From Candidatus Kapaibacterium sp. (GTDB lineage Bacteria; Bacteroidota; Ignavibacteria; Kapaibacteriales; UBA2268), in contig OY762428.1 of the NCBI GenBank assembly GCA_963665665.1, positions 2,272,001 to 2,336,000 on the forward strand: a stretch of DNA of 64,000 nt, given 5' to 3'. The position numbers and the translations under genes are program-made. The notes below the pieces were generated by a model. The model was not told the origin of the DNA and did no database searches. It saw nothing but the letters and a program-made list of their open reading frames with translations. Below, in pieces: positions 62,195 through 64,000 of this stretch (position 1 is its first letter; each line of letters opens with the position of its first letter).

Positions 62195-62242
62195 TATTTA
62201 TTAATAATGATGGCAGCCGTGTGGCTGCCTTATATTATATTA

Positions 62243-63661
<1,419 letters not shown>

Positions 63662-64000
63662 TTAGATAAACTATTGTTTTTGTAGAATTTATGTGATTTT
63701 TTCTTCATAGGTTACTCGTGAAAATACGTATAACTGCCACAAAGTTAGTGAAATCTTTTATTAAAATCAAAGTAAAGAAATCATAAAATTCATTTCATTT
63801 CATTTAGTGTAACAAAAATGTTGCAGGCTGTATAAAAGTATATGTAGCCTGTTGAGTTTTCAAAGTTGGTTTTTATGCCAGGAAATATAATAATTGAATT
63901 AATTATCATATTTAATGACAATAATTTAGAAAAAAAATAATTAAGAAATGTCTTCTTCTTTATAAAAAATATTATTAGATTGTGAAAACCTTTTTCGAAA

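Overview
Chromosomal window from a Bacteroidota/Chlorobi/Ignavibacteria-type bacterium, inferred from T9SS-type C-terminal sorting domains, TAnnTTTG promoter elements and a stand-alone atpD-atpC pair. It holds housekeeping genes (recG, trxA, eno, cysQ, serS, rpiB, mnmG, mnmE, sppA, atpDC) and probably the replication origin region: a DnaA-box cluster between serS and rpiB, plus three parS palindromes around mnmG/mnmE. The main accessory feature (about 29.8-38.5 kb) is a lasso-peptide (RiPP) gene cluster. Its 41-aa precursor (31351-31476, minus strand; core GNISSPPETDGESDTYHTS) is missing from the ORF track. The cluster encodes cyclase, leader peptidase, RRE, an HPr-kinase-like kinase, a nucleotidyltransferase and a sulfotransferase. 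A Cys-rich U32-like/sulfotransferase fusion gene converges on it, and a fic gene bracketed by 32-bp direct repeats interrupts it. Other oddities are a fused kinase-response regulator lacking its phospho-His, several degenerate enzymes in an AT-rich zone near the origin, REP-like palindromes and a candidate structured ncRNA. All calls come from motif recognition by eye; no searches were run.
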